Counted from the first letter of the stretch, positions 16,395 to 24,589 are shown. The stretch is 55,702 bases of DNA from Candidatus Curtissbacteria bacterium RIFOXYA1_FULL_41_14 (GCA_001775095.1 MFCA01000002.1:1-55702), one strand, 5' to 3'. The notes: generated by a model not told the origin, from the letters alone. Translations and numbers: made by a program.

Positions 16395-16583
16395 ATGACA
16401 CCTTTACCTAAGAAAAAACACGCAAAGGCAAGAACAAGAAAACGTAAAGCAGCTATCAGCCTTAAAATTCCGGAGCTTGTTGCATGTCAAAGATGCCAAA
16501 ATCTGAAATTTCCGCATCAAGCTTGTCCTAGTTGTGGATTCTACAAAGAGGGGATAGAGCTTAAGGTCAAAAAGGGGAAATGA
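16395..16583 (+). CDS. rpmF: Ribosomal protein L32
   Basis: PKKKHAKARTRKRKA... plus the zinc-ribbon CQRC...CPSCG. Confidence 0.93.
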   Translation: MTPLPKKKHAKARTRKRKAAISLKIPELVACQRCQNLKFPHQACPSCGFYKEGIELKVKKGK

Positions 16584-16966
16584 AACGCAAAGATGATCCG
16601 AGGCACAAAACTAGAATCCAGACAGTAAAGACACTATTTGAAAAAAATTTTAGGCCCAGTCTAAAACTTTCAGAAAATTCACTGGCCCGAAAGGTGATCC
16701 TTGACCAGAAAGAAATTGATAGAATTATCGCCAAAAACGCACCTGTGTGGCCTATTGCGCAGATTGCAACGGTTGACCTAGCAATACTTCGCCTTGCCAT
16801 TTGGGAGCTTGTTTTTAAAAAAAAAGAGCCTTATAAAGTAATTGTTGACGAGGCAGTGGAGATTGCTAAAGAATTCGGTTCGGAAACATCAGCCAGTTTT
16901 GTTAACGGGGTTTTAGGATCAGTGATAAAATCAAATATCAAAATAACAATGCAAAATTTAAAATAA
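16580..16966 (+). CDS. nusB: Transcription antitermination factor NusB
   Basis: VDLAILRLAIWEL...P.KVIVDEAVEIAKEFG...SFVNGVLG. Confidence 0.88.
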   Translation: MKRKDDPRHKTRIQTVKTLFEKNFRPSLKLSENSLARKVILDQKEIDRIIAKNAPVWPIAQIATVDLAILRLAIWELVFKKKEPYKVIVDEAVEIAKEFGSETSASFVNGVLGSVIKSNIKITMQNLK

Positions 16967-17030
16967 GAGAGCTTGTTTTTCTCGCAAGCTCGAAAAATAA
17001 AAAGTTAACATTAGTTAACTTACATAATTT

Positions 17031-17064
17031 TGATTTTTGACTTTTAACTTATAACTTATCTTAT
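17031..17064. repeat. Heptamer array (tgatttt tgacttt taactta taactta) abutting the ATG at 17065
   Basis: Read directly. The same unit type occurs upstream of holB and gyrA. Confidence 0.8.
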
Positions 17065-17310
17065 ATGATTGATTATTTAGAAGATATTAAAAAACTAATC
17101 TCAAAACAATTCGGTATAACTGAAGATGACATCGAGGAAGATTCTTTTCTTGAGGCAGACCTTAATATAACGGATTTAGATCTCGAGGACCTTTTGGAAA
17201 GTATTCAGGATAAATACCAGATCCAGGTCCCCACTGAAAAAGTCGCAACTTTTAAAAAAGTTTCTGACATAGTCTCATACCTTTTTGAAAACGTTGAAAA
17301 TGCAGTCTAA
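17065..17310 (+). CDS. Acyl-carrier-protein-like protein lacking the canonical phosphopantetheine serine
   Basis: Aligns along its length with E. coli AcpP, and is in the usual position upstream of rnc. The DSL motif reads TDL (ADLNITDLDLEDL). Confidence 0.6.
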   Translation: MIDYLEDIKKLISKQFGITEDDIEEDSFLEADLNITDLDLEDLLESIQDKYQIQVPTEKVATFKKVSDIVSYLFENVENAV

Positions 17311-17989
17311 TCTGGTAGACCTCCAAAAAAAAATAGGTTTCAACTTTAGAAATGAATCACTCTTAAAAAACGCATTTATTCACCGCTCGTACCTAAACGA
17401 ACATAAAAACTTTAAGGATGATTCAAATGAACGCCTGGAATTTTTGGGTGATTCGATTCTATCTCTGGTGGTTTCCGCCTACCTTTTCAATAAACTCCCA
17501 AAATATCCCGAAGGAAAACTTACTCAACTTCGGGCGGCCCTCGTCAGAACGGAAACGCTGGGAAAACTAGCAAGCCAGCTCTCCTTAGGCAACTATCTTT
17601 ATCTTTCAAAGGGTGAGGAGGAGTCTGGCGGGCGGACTAGTATTTCGATCTTAGCCAATTCTTTTGAAGCTCTAATAGGAGCAATTTACCTCGATCAGGG
17701 GCTGGAAAAGACTCAAGATTTTTTAAATAAAATGATTCTTCAAAAATGGCAAATCTTGGCTAAATCAGCGGTTTCTGACAATAAATCAAAACTCCAAGAA
17801 CTGACGCAGAGAGAATCTCATCAATCGCCAGTTTATCAATTGTTAAAAAGCTGGGGACCGGATCATGCCCGCAGATTCGAAATCGGAGTTTATTTAGGCG
17901 AAAAACTATTGGGCAAGGGACTGGGTAAAAATAAACAAGAAGCCGCCCAAAACGCCGCTAAAGATGCTCTTAGTAGACTAAAGGGCTAA
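17300..17989 (+). CDS. rnc: Ribonuclease III
   Basis: Signature NERLEFLGDS, then a C-terminal dsRBD (KSKLQE...GKGLGKNKQEAAQNAAKDAL). The ATG at 17300 overlaps the ACP-like stop. Confidence 0.93.
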   Translation: MQSNLVDLQKKIGFNFRNESLLKNAFIHRSYLNEHKNFKDDSNERLEFLGDSILSLVVSAYLFNKLPKYPEGKLTQLRAALVRTETLGKLASQLSLGNYLYLSKGEEESGGRTSISILANSFEALIGAIYLDQGLEKTQDFLNKMILQKWQILAKSAVSDNKSKLQELTQRESHQSPVYQLLKSWGPDHARRFEIGVYLGEKLLGKGLGKNKQEAAQNAAKDALSRLKG

Positions 17990-18007
17990 TTTCTGGGATA
18001 ATCTATA

Positions 18008-18102
18008 CAAATTTTCAATTCTCAATTTGAAATTTTCAATCAAATCTAAATGTTTAAATTTTTAAAAATTAATCATTGAAAATTTATTAAAAATTAAAAA
18101 TT
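18008..18102. repeat. Intergenic repeat module upstream of rpsP (paralogue of 18418-18543)
   Basis: Shares ttgaaattttcaat.aaatctaaat.ttt and an identical 32-mer aatcattgaaaatttattaaaaattaaaaatt (18071-18102 = 18512-18543). Confidence 0.85.
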
Positions 18103-18137
18103 GTAAATTATAAATTTATTTTAAGCATTAAGGAAAT

Positions 18138-18407
18138 ATGTCAGTAAGGATCCGGCTTTCAAAGGTTGGCAAAAAACATCAAGTCTCTTATCGTATAGTC
18201 GCCCAGGACTCCAGAAGTAAAAGAGACGGCCAGTTTCTGGAAAATATTGGCTTTTATAACCCGCAAAACACAACGGATAATATAAAGTTAAAAATAGAAA
18301 GATTTGACTTCTGGATAAAAAAGGGCGCTAAACCGACTCAAGCAGTAGCAAAACTCTTAGAAAGAGCATTGAATGCTAAAGAACCCATCAAGACGACAAA
18401 CAAATAA
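18138..18407 (+). CDS. rpsP: Ribosomal protein S16
   Basis: MSVRIRLSKVGKKHQVSYRIVAQDSRSKRDG...E.IG.YNP. Confidence 0.95.
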   Translation: MSVRIRLSKVGKKHQVSYRIVAQDSRSKRDGQFLENIGFYNPQNTTDNIKLKIERFDFWIKKGAKPTQAVAKLLERALNAKEPIKTTNK

Positions 18408-18417
18408 CAACCTTAAT

Positions 18418-18543
18418 AATTTTCAATTTGAAATTCCCAACCTCGTCTCGACTCGGTCGAGGACGGGTTGAAATTTTCAATAAAATCTAAATATTTTAAG
18501 TTTGAAAATTAAATCATTGAAAATTTATTAAAAATTAAAAATT
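18418..18543. repeat. Intergenic repeat module upstream of the KH-domain gene, with an inserted GC-rich hairpin
   Basis: Same module as 18008-18102, interrupted by cccaacctcgtctcgactcggtcgaggacgggttg. Confidence 0.85.
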
Positions 18544-18545
18544 TT

Positions 18546-18779
18546 ATGGAAGATTTATTAACATATTTAATCAAACCTCTTGTTTCAGATATAAAGAAAG
18601 TCAAAATAGAAAAAGTCCAAGAGGACAACGCTGTCAAATTTCTTATATCTATTCCCAAAAAGGATATCGCTAAAGTTATTGGTAAAGACGGTAAAATGAT
18701 TAAATCTATTAAAAATTTACTAAAGATTAGGGCAATAAAGGAAAATGTCTTTGCATCCATTGAAGTTCAGGAAATCTAA
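18546..18779 (+). CDS. KH-domain RNA-binding protein (KhpA/YlqC-like)
   Basis: GXXG motif VIGKDGKMIKSI. Conserved position between rpsP and trmD. Confidence 0.85.
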   Translation: MEDLLTYLIKPLVSDIKKVKIEKVQEDNAVKFLISIPKKDIAKVIGKDGKMIKSIKNLLKIRAIKENVFASIEVQEI

Positions 18780-18780
18780 A

Positions 18781-18920
18781 GTTTCTGAAACGTCAGAAGA
18801 AATCAGCTAAAATCGGCATGAATCGGATTGAGAATAGACCGAATATATCGAATTCTGATTTATCTGAATTTTCAGCCGTTTGATACACCGATTTCTGCTG
18901 AAACTCCGAAGTTTCTAAAA
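18781..18920. repeat. Imperfect palindromic intergenic element (tcagaagaaatcagc ... gatttctgctga)
   Basis: The arms are read as reverse complements with mismatches. It occupies the position where rimM usually sits. Confidence 0.45.
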
Positions 18921-18923
18921 AAA

Positions 18924-19610
18924 ATGACTTTCTACATTCTCACTCTATTTCCTGAAATGTTTAAAGGAGTTTTAACTTCAAGCATCCTAAAACGAGCTCA
19001 AGCCAAGAAACTTGTAAAAATCAATCTTATAAATATACGCGATTTTGCAAGTGATAAACATAAAACAGTAGATGACAAACCCTATGGCGGAGGAAAAGGA
19101 ATGATCCTCAAAGTGGATGTGGTTGTAAAAGCACTAGCAACAATTAAACCCAAACCTCATGTAATTCTTCTCTCTCCGGCAGGTAAAAAATACGATCAAA
19201 AAAAGACCCGGGCTCTAGCCAGAAAAAAGTCATTGGCCTTAATCTGCGGTCATTACGAAGGAATTGATGCCAGAGTAGAGGAATTTGCAAGTGAAGTTAT
19301 TTCAATTGGCGATTATATTCTGACCGGAGGCGAAATTGCCACCATGGCTATTGTTGACTCAGTAGCCAGACTAATTCCCGGTGTCATTCACCCCGAATCA
19401 TTAATTTCGGAGTCTTTTTCTCTTCCCTCTGATACTTTTGGTACCTTTAATACTTTTGATACTTCTCTTCTTGAGTATCCTCAATACACCAAGCCTGAAA
19501 ACTTCAGAGGCTTAAAAGTACCCTCGGTTCTCCTCTCAGGTAATCACCAAAAAATAGCCAGATGGCGACATCTGCAAAGTATTAAAATAACCAAAAAATG
19601 GCAATTCTGA
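18924..19610 (+). CDS. trmD: tRNA (guanine37-N1)-methyltransferase
   Basis: MTFYILTLFPEMFKG..., DDKPYGGG.GM, GHYEGIDARV, LEYPQYTKP. Internal ATG at 18924. Confidence 0.93.
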   Translation: MTFYILTLFPEMFKGVLTSSILKRAQAKKLVKINLINIRDFASDKHKTVDDKPYGGGKGMILKVDVVVKALATIKPKPHVILLSPAGKKYDQKKTRALARKKSLALICGHYEGIDARVEEFASEVISIGDYILTGGEIATMAIVDSVARLIPGVIHPESLISESFSLPSDTFGTFNTFDTSLLEYPQYTKPENFRGLKVPSVLLSGNHQKIARWRHLQSIKITKKWQF

Positions 19611-19614
19611 AATC

Positions 19615-20394
19615 TTAATACTGTGAAAAGAGATCCGTTTTTCCTTTCGGGACTGGGGGAATTGCTGGTGGAGCAATAAAGCCTGTAGAGAGGACTTGAT
19701 CTAAAGTAGCCGACTCCTCACTTGTCAAATCCTCAATCTGAGATTCAATAGAATTTAATTCTTTAGGCAAAGGTTGCCAGTAGGCATCAATTGTCATAGA
19801 AGCTCTAACTTGAGTTGTTTGTTCAGAGGATGATGCTGAAGATGATAAACTCAGATCCTTTACTGCCATTACTCTCGAGACAGAGAAGATATTTTTTAGA
19901 AATTGCTCAAATGATCTATAATCACCCGTCAACAATATTCTAATTTGTATCTTAGGTGCAAGGTCACCTTGCGTACTTCCAGTACTGCTACCGGCACCTT
20001 TAGTAGCCCCAGCGTCTTTTAATGAACCTGGCGCAAGATCAATTTTATTGAGAAGAACACCAGAAGCTCGCGACGTATTTTCAATTTGCGTAATCAATGT
20101 AAAAACGCCTTTATCTGAAGGGAGCAACTGCTCAGCTATCCCGAGCTTAATATCAAGACCGCGACTGTCAAGACTTGCAAGTGTTTCTACTTTAGAATCA
20201 AGGCTCTCAACACGCTTCGTCAATTGCTCGTTTTCGCTTCTCAGCTGCAGAATTTGAGTAAACTTCGGCCAGATAATAAAAACGATAATAATAACAGAAA
20301 TTAAGATTGCCCCTCCCGGCGCTGCCAGACCCATCCATTTCGAGATTTCTTCCTCGTTTGCAATTTTTGGTAATGTTATACTCGATAGGTTCAT
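19615..20394 (-). CDS. pilO: Type IV pilus assembly protein PilO-like
   Basis: N-terminal TM segment plus coiled coil (LQLRSENEQLTKRVESLDSKVETL). Overlaps pilN in a pilMNO arrangement. Confidence 0.7.
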   Translation of the reverse strand: MNLSSITLPKIANEEEISKWMGLAAPGGAILISVIIIVFIIWPKFTQILQLRSENEQLTKRVESLDSKVETLASLDSRGLDIKLGIAEQLLPSDKGVFTLITQIENTSRASGVLLNKIDLAPGSLKDAGATKGAGSSTGSTQGDLAPKIQIRILLTGDYRSFEQFLKNIFSVSRVMAVKDLSLSSSASSSEQTTQVRASMTIDAYWQPLPKELNSIESQIEDLTSEESATLDQVLSTGFIAPPAIPPVPKGKTDLFSQY

Positions 20395-20930
20395 TTAAAT
20401 CCTACTAACTGCGCCGAGATGGCAAATGTATAAGCTCCGGTTTCGTCAGAACTTAATGAGTCAATAGCAACATCGGAAACAATTCCCGCACCTTCCTCGG
20501 TAAGGTTTTTAATAAGCCAGTTCATATCTTTAGATGATTTAGCCTTACCGGAAATTACAATCTTGCCGGAAGAAATTCTCAGGTCTGAAAAATAAACCTC
20601 CTGAGGAGTAAGTTGTTTTAGTTGATCAAAAACATATGATATATTACTCCGGGCAGAAATAATTTTGTGGGCAGTTGAAGCTTTTTGTTTAACAACAGTA
20701 ATCAACTCTTCGGTTGTTTTCAGGTCACTGATTTGGGCAGTACTCTCTTCAACCTTCGCAAACATATCCTTTCTGACAGACACAAGTCTTGTAAAGAATA
20801 CTAGTGTCGCTAGTGTCAAAATCGCCGTGAAGACTAAAACCGCAATAGAAACAAATAGTAACTTTCTCCTCGCAAGATCAATCCGCTCGGCTGTTTTCTC
20901 TTCTGATGGTAATAAATTTATATCGGCCAT
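20391..20930 (-). CDS. pilN: Type IV pilus assembly protein PilN
   Basis: N-terminal INLLP motif followed by one TM segment. Confidence 0.8.
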   Translation of the reverse strand: MADINLLPSEEKTAERIDLARRKLLFVSIAVLVFTAILTLATLVFFTRLVSVRKDMFAKVEESTAQISDLKTTEELITVVKQKASTAHKIISARSNISYVFDQLKQLTPQEVYFSDLRISSGKIVISGKAKSSKDMNWLIKNLTEEGAGIVSDVAIDSLSSDETGAYTFAISAQLVGFK

Positions 20931-20940
20931 ATATATTAGG

Positions 20941-20982
20941 GTCTAGTGTTTAGGGTTTAGAATACTAGTCTCTAGACACTAA
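20941..20982. repeat. CTAG-rich heptamer array (gtctagt gtttagg gtttaga atactag tctctag)
   Basis: Read directly, upstream of pilN on the minus strand. Confidence 0.6.
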
Positions 20983-20983
20983 T

Positions 20984-21014
20984 TTTTTCTAGACTCTTGT
21001 TTCAGCGTAGCAAA
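20984..21014 (-). promoter_or_regulatory. Conserved pil-operon module TTTGCTAYGMT-N6-AGAGTCTAGAAAAA (copy upstream of pilN)
   Basis: Minus strand reads tttgctacgctgaaacaagagtctagaaaaa. The 14-mer is identical at 37808-37821. Confidence 0.45.
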
Positions 21015-21016
21015 CC

Positions 21017-22039
21017 TTATCTTCTAAGAGCAAGCCCGGTGGAAACACAATAAAAGCTTCCTTGTCCGGGAAGTTTTAATACCACGCCCTCCTTTACAAA
21101 ATCGGCCCATGAATCTCCCAAGGAAACTTCTAAACTTGTTCTCTGCGCCAAAAATTCCGAAAGCCCCGGCAAGTAAGCCCCGCCACCACACATTACTATA
21201 CGACCTATCTGGGAATTTTCAACATGACTGTGCGCAAATTCGATTGCTTTAGTAATTTCGGAAATCAAAATATCCAAAATTGGTTTTAAAACCGCCGCCA
21301 CCTTCCCAGAAAGTTTATCCTCCATAATTCCATAGGTTTGCTTATATTCTTCAGCCTGACTTTGGGGCAAGTTAAATTCAGCCATTATTGCTTTAGTTAA
21401 AGTTATGCCGCCAGCCGCAATAGATCTGGTAAAAAGAACGTTACCCTCATATGCCATAACCAGTTCACTCGAGAACGCTCCCAAGGAAACGATTATCGTA
21501 GGCGGATCTTGTGGTTTAGTCAAAGCTCTGGTTAAAGCAATTGACTCAGTTTCCAGACTTTCAGGCCTTAAAGTGGCATTTCTAACAACATCCAAATACT
21601 TTCTAATAACTCTCTTGGGTGAAGCGATTAAAAGAACATCCATCTTAGCCCCGTTTGTGGCGTTTTGGGGGCGTGAGACCACCTTGTACTGCAAAAAAAC
21701 ATCTTTTATGGGTAAGGGAATATATTGCTCTGCTTCCCAATTAATAGCGGCAGCAAGTTCCTTATCCGTTAGATAGGGGAGCTGAATTAATCTGGCTACT
21801 ACTTGCGACTCGATGAGAGAAACAACGCATTTGTCTGTAGTAATTTTTGCCTGATTGACACAATTTCGAATAGCTTCGGACAGATTCTTTAAGTCAATCG
21901 GAGACTCTGACTGCATTCCGCCTGGAGGAGTCTTCAAACTGCCGGCAGCCAGCAGTCTCTTTTTATCATTCCTAACTTCAACCTGTACAACTTTAATAAA
22001 TGATCTTCCGATATCTAAACCAAATATATTAGCGGCCAT
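21017..22039 (-). CDS. pilM: Type IV pilus assembly protein PilM (actin-like ATPase fold)
   Basis: FGLDIGRSFIKVVQV... and a length and architecture typical of PilM. pilN and pilO follow. Confidence 0.88.
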   Translation of the reverse strand: MAANIFGLDIGRSFIKVVQVEVRNDKKRLLAAGSLKTPPGGMQSESPIDLKNLSEAIRNCVNQAKITTDKCVVSLIESQVVARLIQLPYLTDKELAAAINWEAEQYIPLPIKDVFLQYKVVSRPQNATNGAKMDVLLIASPKRVIRKYLDVVRNATLRPESLETESIALTRALTKPQDPPTIIVSLGAFSSELVMAYEGNVLFTRSIAAGGITLTKAIMAEFNLPQSQAEEYKQTYGIMEDKLSGKVAAVLKPILDILISEITKAIEFAHSHVENSQIGRIVMCGGGAYLPGLSEFLAQRTSLEVSLGDSWADFVKEGVVLKLPGQGSFYCVSTGLALRR

Positions 22040-22079
22040 ACAGCTTTTTAAAACAATCTAAAAAATTATTCCTGAAATT

Positions 22080-22143
22080 TATATCAGAGGAGCGCCCTGA
22101 GTCCTGAGCTTGTCGAAGGATCGAAGGGCGACCTGCTGATTTA
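22080..22143. repeat. Family A palindromic element with a GC-rich centre
   Basis: tatatcagaggagcgccctgagtcctgagcttgtcgaaggatcgaagggcgacctgctgattta. Its left end reads TGaTATAAA on the minus strand, facing pilM. Confidence 0.8.
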
Positions 22144-22189
22144 AACGACCTACCAATATCAAGACCAAAGACTTGGGCAGACATAATAT

Positions 22190-22444
22190 TTACTCTGCAG
22201 ATGGGCTTCCTTCGGAAATCGGCTTTGCTGAAGGAGTCGATGGACTAGCTGTCGGGAAAACCGATTCTTTCTTAGGGGCATTTTTTACTGCCTTCTCGAT
22301 ATTACCAACATCTATTGTCCTTTGCCCTGACGGAATCTCCGGCTGCGTACCTGTGTTCTGAGTAAATACTATAAGAAGAACAACCGGGATAATAATCGCA
22401 CTTACCCCGATTATTGAAAGAATTAACTTCGTCCGCTTGCTCAT
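22190..22444 (-). CDS. Small membrane-anchored protein with a Pro/Ser/Thr-rich tail
   Basis: MSKRTKLILSIIGVSAIIIPVVLLIVF... The upstream TTG at 22462 lies inside a repeat array. Confidence 0.45.
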   Translation of the reverse strand: MSKRTKLILSIIGVSAIIIPVVLLIVFTQNTGTQPEIPSGQRTIDVGNIEKAVKNAPKKESVFPTASPSTPSAKPISEGSPSAE

Positions 22445-22450
22445 TATTTT

Positions 22451-22527
22451 GTCAGTTGTCAAATGTCATCCTTCGACTTCGCTCAGGATGACCCTGAGTC
22501 TATCGAAGGGTCAGTTGTCAATTGTTA
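22451..22527. repeat. GC-rich core hairpin flanked by direct heptamer arrays (gtcagtt gtcaaat / gtcagtt gtcaatt)
   Basis: gtcagttgtcaaatgtcat-ccttcgacttcgctcaggatgaccctgagtctatcgaagg-gtcagttgtcaattgtta. Confidence 0.8.
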
Positions 22528-23310
22528 CTTGGTTATGTCTCCTTCGGAATATAAAACGTAGTCAAAAACCGCCGGCAGTTGCGGCAGAACTGTCTTCGTA
22601 ACCTGAACTTTCCTGGTTAAACCAAGTTCGGTAGTAGCACTGGAGGTAATATCATACTGCTGCAGGGGAAGTGTACCGCCATCACTTACTACTTTAACTG
22701 TCGCCTGATTCCAAAAAGGTCTGATCCTTAATAGGACCGGATTTGTCCCAAGGGGATCAATTCTTCCGCATTTCTCAAAGCCAGTAGGGAGGCAAGATGA
22801 ACTCCCTGGATCATCACCTGGATTTTTAAAACCTGCCTCGGACGCGCCATGTAATGAAGTCCCTTCCCAAGCAAACCTCTGCTGAGTATAATTCCCCGGC
22901 AATCCGCGAATTACTGTTATCTCTATCGAGGCCGGACTGGTCTGCTCTAAAGAATCAGATGACTTAGCCCATTCTATTCGTACCGGAAAATTCGATGCAT
23001 TAGTTAATTCAATCTGTCCAACATCCCCTTCCAAAATTACCGAGTTGTATTGATGCCTCTCATCAACAGTAACGTTCGGTGTAATATCTCCAACTGGAGG
23101 AACCACACCAGTCCAAGCTCCTGTTTTTAAAACAGAAAGGGCGTGCTCAATACCGCCTTCTGCTGCGTTAAACGCCCTTTGTGACTGCTCGCTCTGGGTT
23201 GTAATTCTAAGGTTCGTAAGGTTTCTGGAGGCTACCGAAAGACCAACAGCAAGCGCAACAACAACTACCAGTAAAACAAGTACCAGGACTTGTCCTTTTT
23301 TCTTTTTCAT
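22525..23310 (-). CDS. PilX-like pilus-associated protein
   Basis: MKKKKGQVLVLVLLVVVVALAVGLSVASRNL...QRAFNAAEGGIEHAL resembles the PilX N-terminal domain. The TTG at 23343 lies in a heptamer array. Confidence 0.55.
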   Translation of the reverse strand: MKKKKGQVLVLVLLVVVVALAVGLSVASRNLTNLRITTQSEQSQRAFNAAEGGIEHALSVLKTGAWTGVVPPVGDITPNVTVDERHQYNSVILEGDVGQIELTNASNFPVRIEWAKSSDSLEQTSPASIEITVIRGLPGNYTQQRFAWEGTSLHGASEAGFKNPGDDPGSSSCLPTGFEKCGRIDPLGTNPVLLRIRPFWNQATVKVVSDGGTLPLQQYDITSSATTELGLTRKVQVTKTVLPQLPAVFDYVLYSEGDITK

Positions 23311-23331
23311 CTCTAATTCCAGTTTAGGTTT

Positions 23332-23371
23332 GTCAATTGTCAATTGTCAAATGTCAAATGTTAATTGTTAT
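23332..23371. repeat. Heptanucleotide array (gtcaatt x2, gtcaaat x2, gttaatt, gttattt)
   Basis: Read directly. Confidence 0.9.
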
Positions 23372-23983
23372 TTAATATTGCCTTAGCGAAATCGTCGTCT
23401 CAAACTTGACATTTGCCAAAAAATCCGCGCGTGAAGGAGCATCAATTCCTTGATTGACCATAAAGCTTATGGAAACAATAGGAGGCGACCCGGAGGCCGT
23501 AGGAATTATTTTAAATCCTAAAGGGGGAGTACACGTAATATCTACTCCCGAAATAGTATCTCTACTTGTAATTGATTCATAGTCACCCGTATTAATATCT
23601 GTTCCGGGAGAGACATCTGCTACACCAATCCACCCATTGCTGGAAGGCGACGCAATACTATTGAAACATGCTATATAGAGTGAGTTTCCATCTGTCTTAG
23701 TTATATTAACCCCGCTTGATGAACCATTTGGTGTAATTTCAACAGCTGCGGTTGCACCTCGAATTTGTTTCTCCAGCAAATCCAGAACTGCCTGGCCGTT
23801 TTGCTTAACCTCTGCAGTCACATTAGCCTGATTTGTACCTTTTAAAACATTGGTTAAGAATAAAAGAGTAGCTCCTACGGCCGTAACCAGTATGCCCAAA
23901 ACAACCAGCAGCTCGATCAGGGTGAAACCATCCGAAAATTGAAAATTGAAAATTGAAAATTGAAAATTTTTGCGGAAGGGCAT
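23372..23983 (-). CDS. Minor pilin (prepilin-type N-terminal cleavage/methylation domain; PilW/PulJ-like)
   Basis: ...DG|FTLIELLVVLGIL class III signal. The 19-aa leader MPFRKNFQFSIFNFQFSDG is encoded by a heptamer array. Confidence 0.8.
   Translation of the reverse strand: MPFRKNFQFSIFNFQFSDGFTLIELLVVLGILVTAVGATLLFLTNVLKGTNQANVTAEVKQNGQAVLDLLEKQIRGATAAVEITPNGSSSGVNITKTDGNSLYIACFNSIASPSSNGWIGVADVSPGTDINTGDYESITSRDTISGVDITCTPPLGFKIIPTASGSPPIVSISFMVNQGIDAPSRADFLANVKFETTISLRQY
23934..23968. repeat. Heptanucleotide array (gaaaatt x5) inside the minor-pilin leader coding region
   Basis: Five perfect units between the only in-frame ATG and the G|FTLIE site. Confidence 0.95.
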
Positions 23984-24082
23984 TACTTCAATTGTCTCGA
24001 GAAGTCAGCACATTGTCAATTGCTTGCCCGCCGTAGCTTTAGCGAAGGCGGGCCTGCTCGCCGAAGTCCGGCAAAGCAACTG

Positions 24083-24589
24083 TTAATCATTGCTGGAAAG
24101 AATAGTCTGATTAATGACCGATTGGGTACCTCCAGAATCAGTCCATGAGACAGTAACTGTAACCTTTTTCTGATCGGAATTCGCTCCAATCTCGATCTTT
24201 AAAGATCGATCAAAAACAACTTGATTTAAAAGTACCGACTCGGGACAGTCAACAGAAGGATCTGATGAATTATTTGCCAGTTTCCAATTATTTGGATTAA
24301 TATCGGCAGTATTAGCAAGCACCCAGCAGTCGTTATTTGCCAAACTAGCAAAACCCTGCCTGTCGCGCAAAATTCTAACTTGCTCAATATTTTGCTGAAC
24401 CAATTTTGTAGCCTGGGAAGTATTTTTAGCGGTCCTTGATGCTCTTTGGACAACCAAAGTCGTAGTTACCAAAGCCACTGCCAAACCGACAATCACAGCC
24501 ATGGCGATAACAACCTCAATAAGCGACTGCGCTGACTTACTGACAACTGACAACGGACAACTGACAACTGACTTATGGCTTGCTTTCAT
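24083..24589 (-). CDS. Minor pilin (PilV-like)
   Basis: ...KSA|QSLIEVVIAMAVIVGLAV has Glu at +5. The ATG at 24589 overlaps the upstream gene end. Confidence 0.7.
   Translation of the reverse strand: MKASHKSVVSCPLSVVSKSAQSLIEVVIAMAVIVGLAVALVTTTLVVQRASRTAKNTSQATKLVQQNIEQVRILRDRQGFASLANNDCWVLANTADINPNNWKLANNSSDPSVDCPESVLLNQVVFDRSLKIEIGANSDQKKVTVTVSWTDSGGTQSVINQTILSSND
24533..24575. repeat. Heptanucleotide array (tgacaac-type, 6 units) in the minor-pilin leader coding region
   Basis: tgactta c tgacaac tgacaac ggacaac tgacaac tgactta, translated as HKSVVSCPLSVVSKS. Confidence 0.9.
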
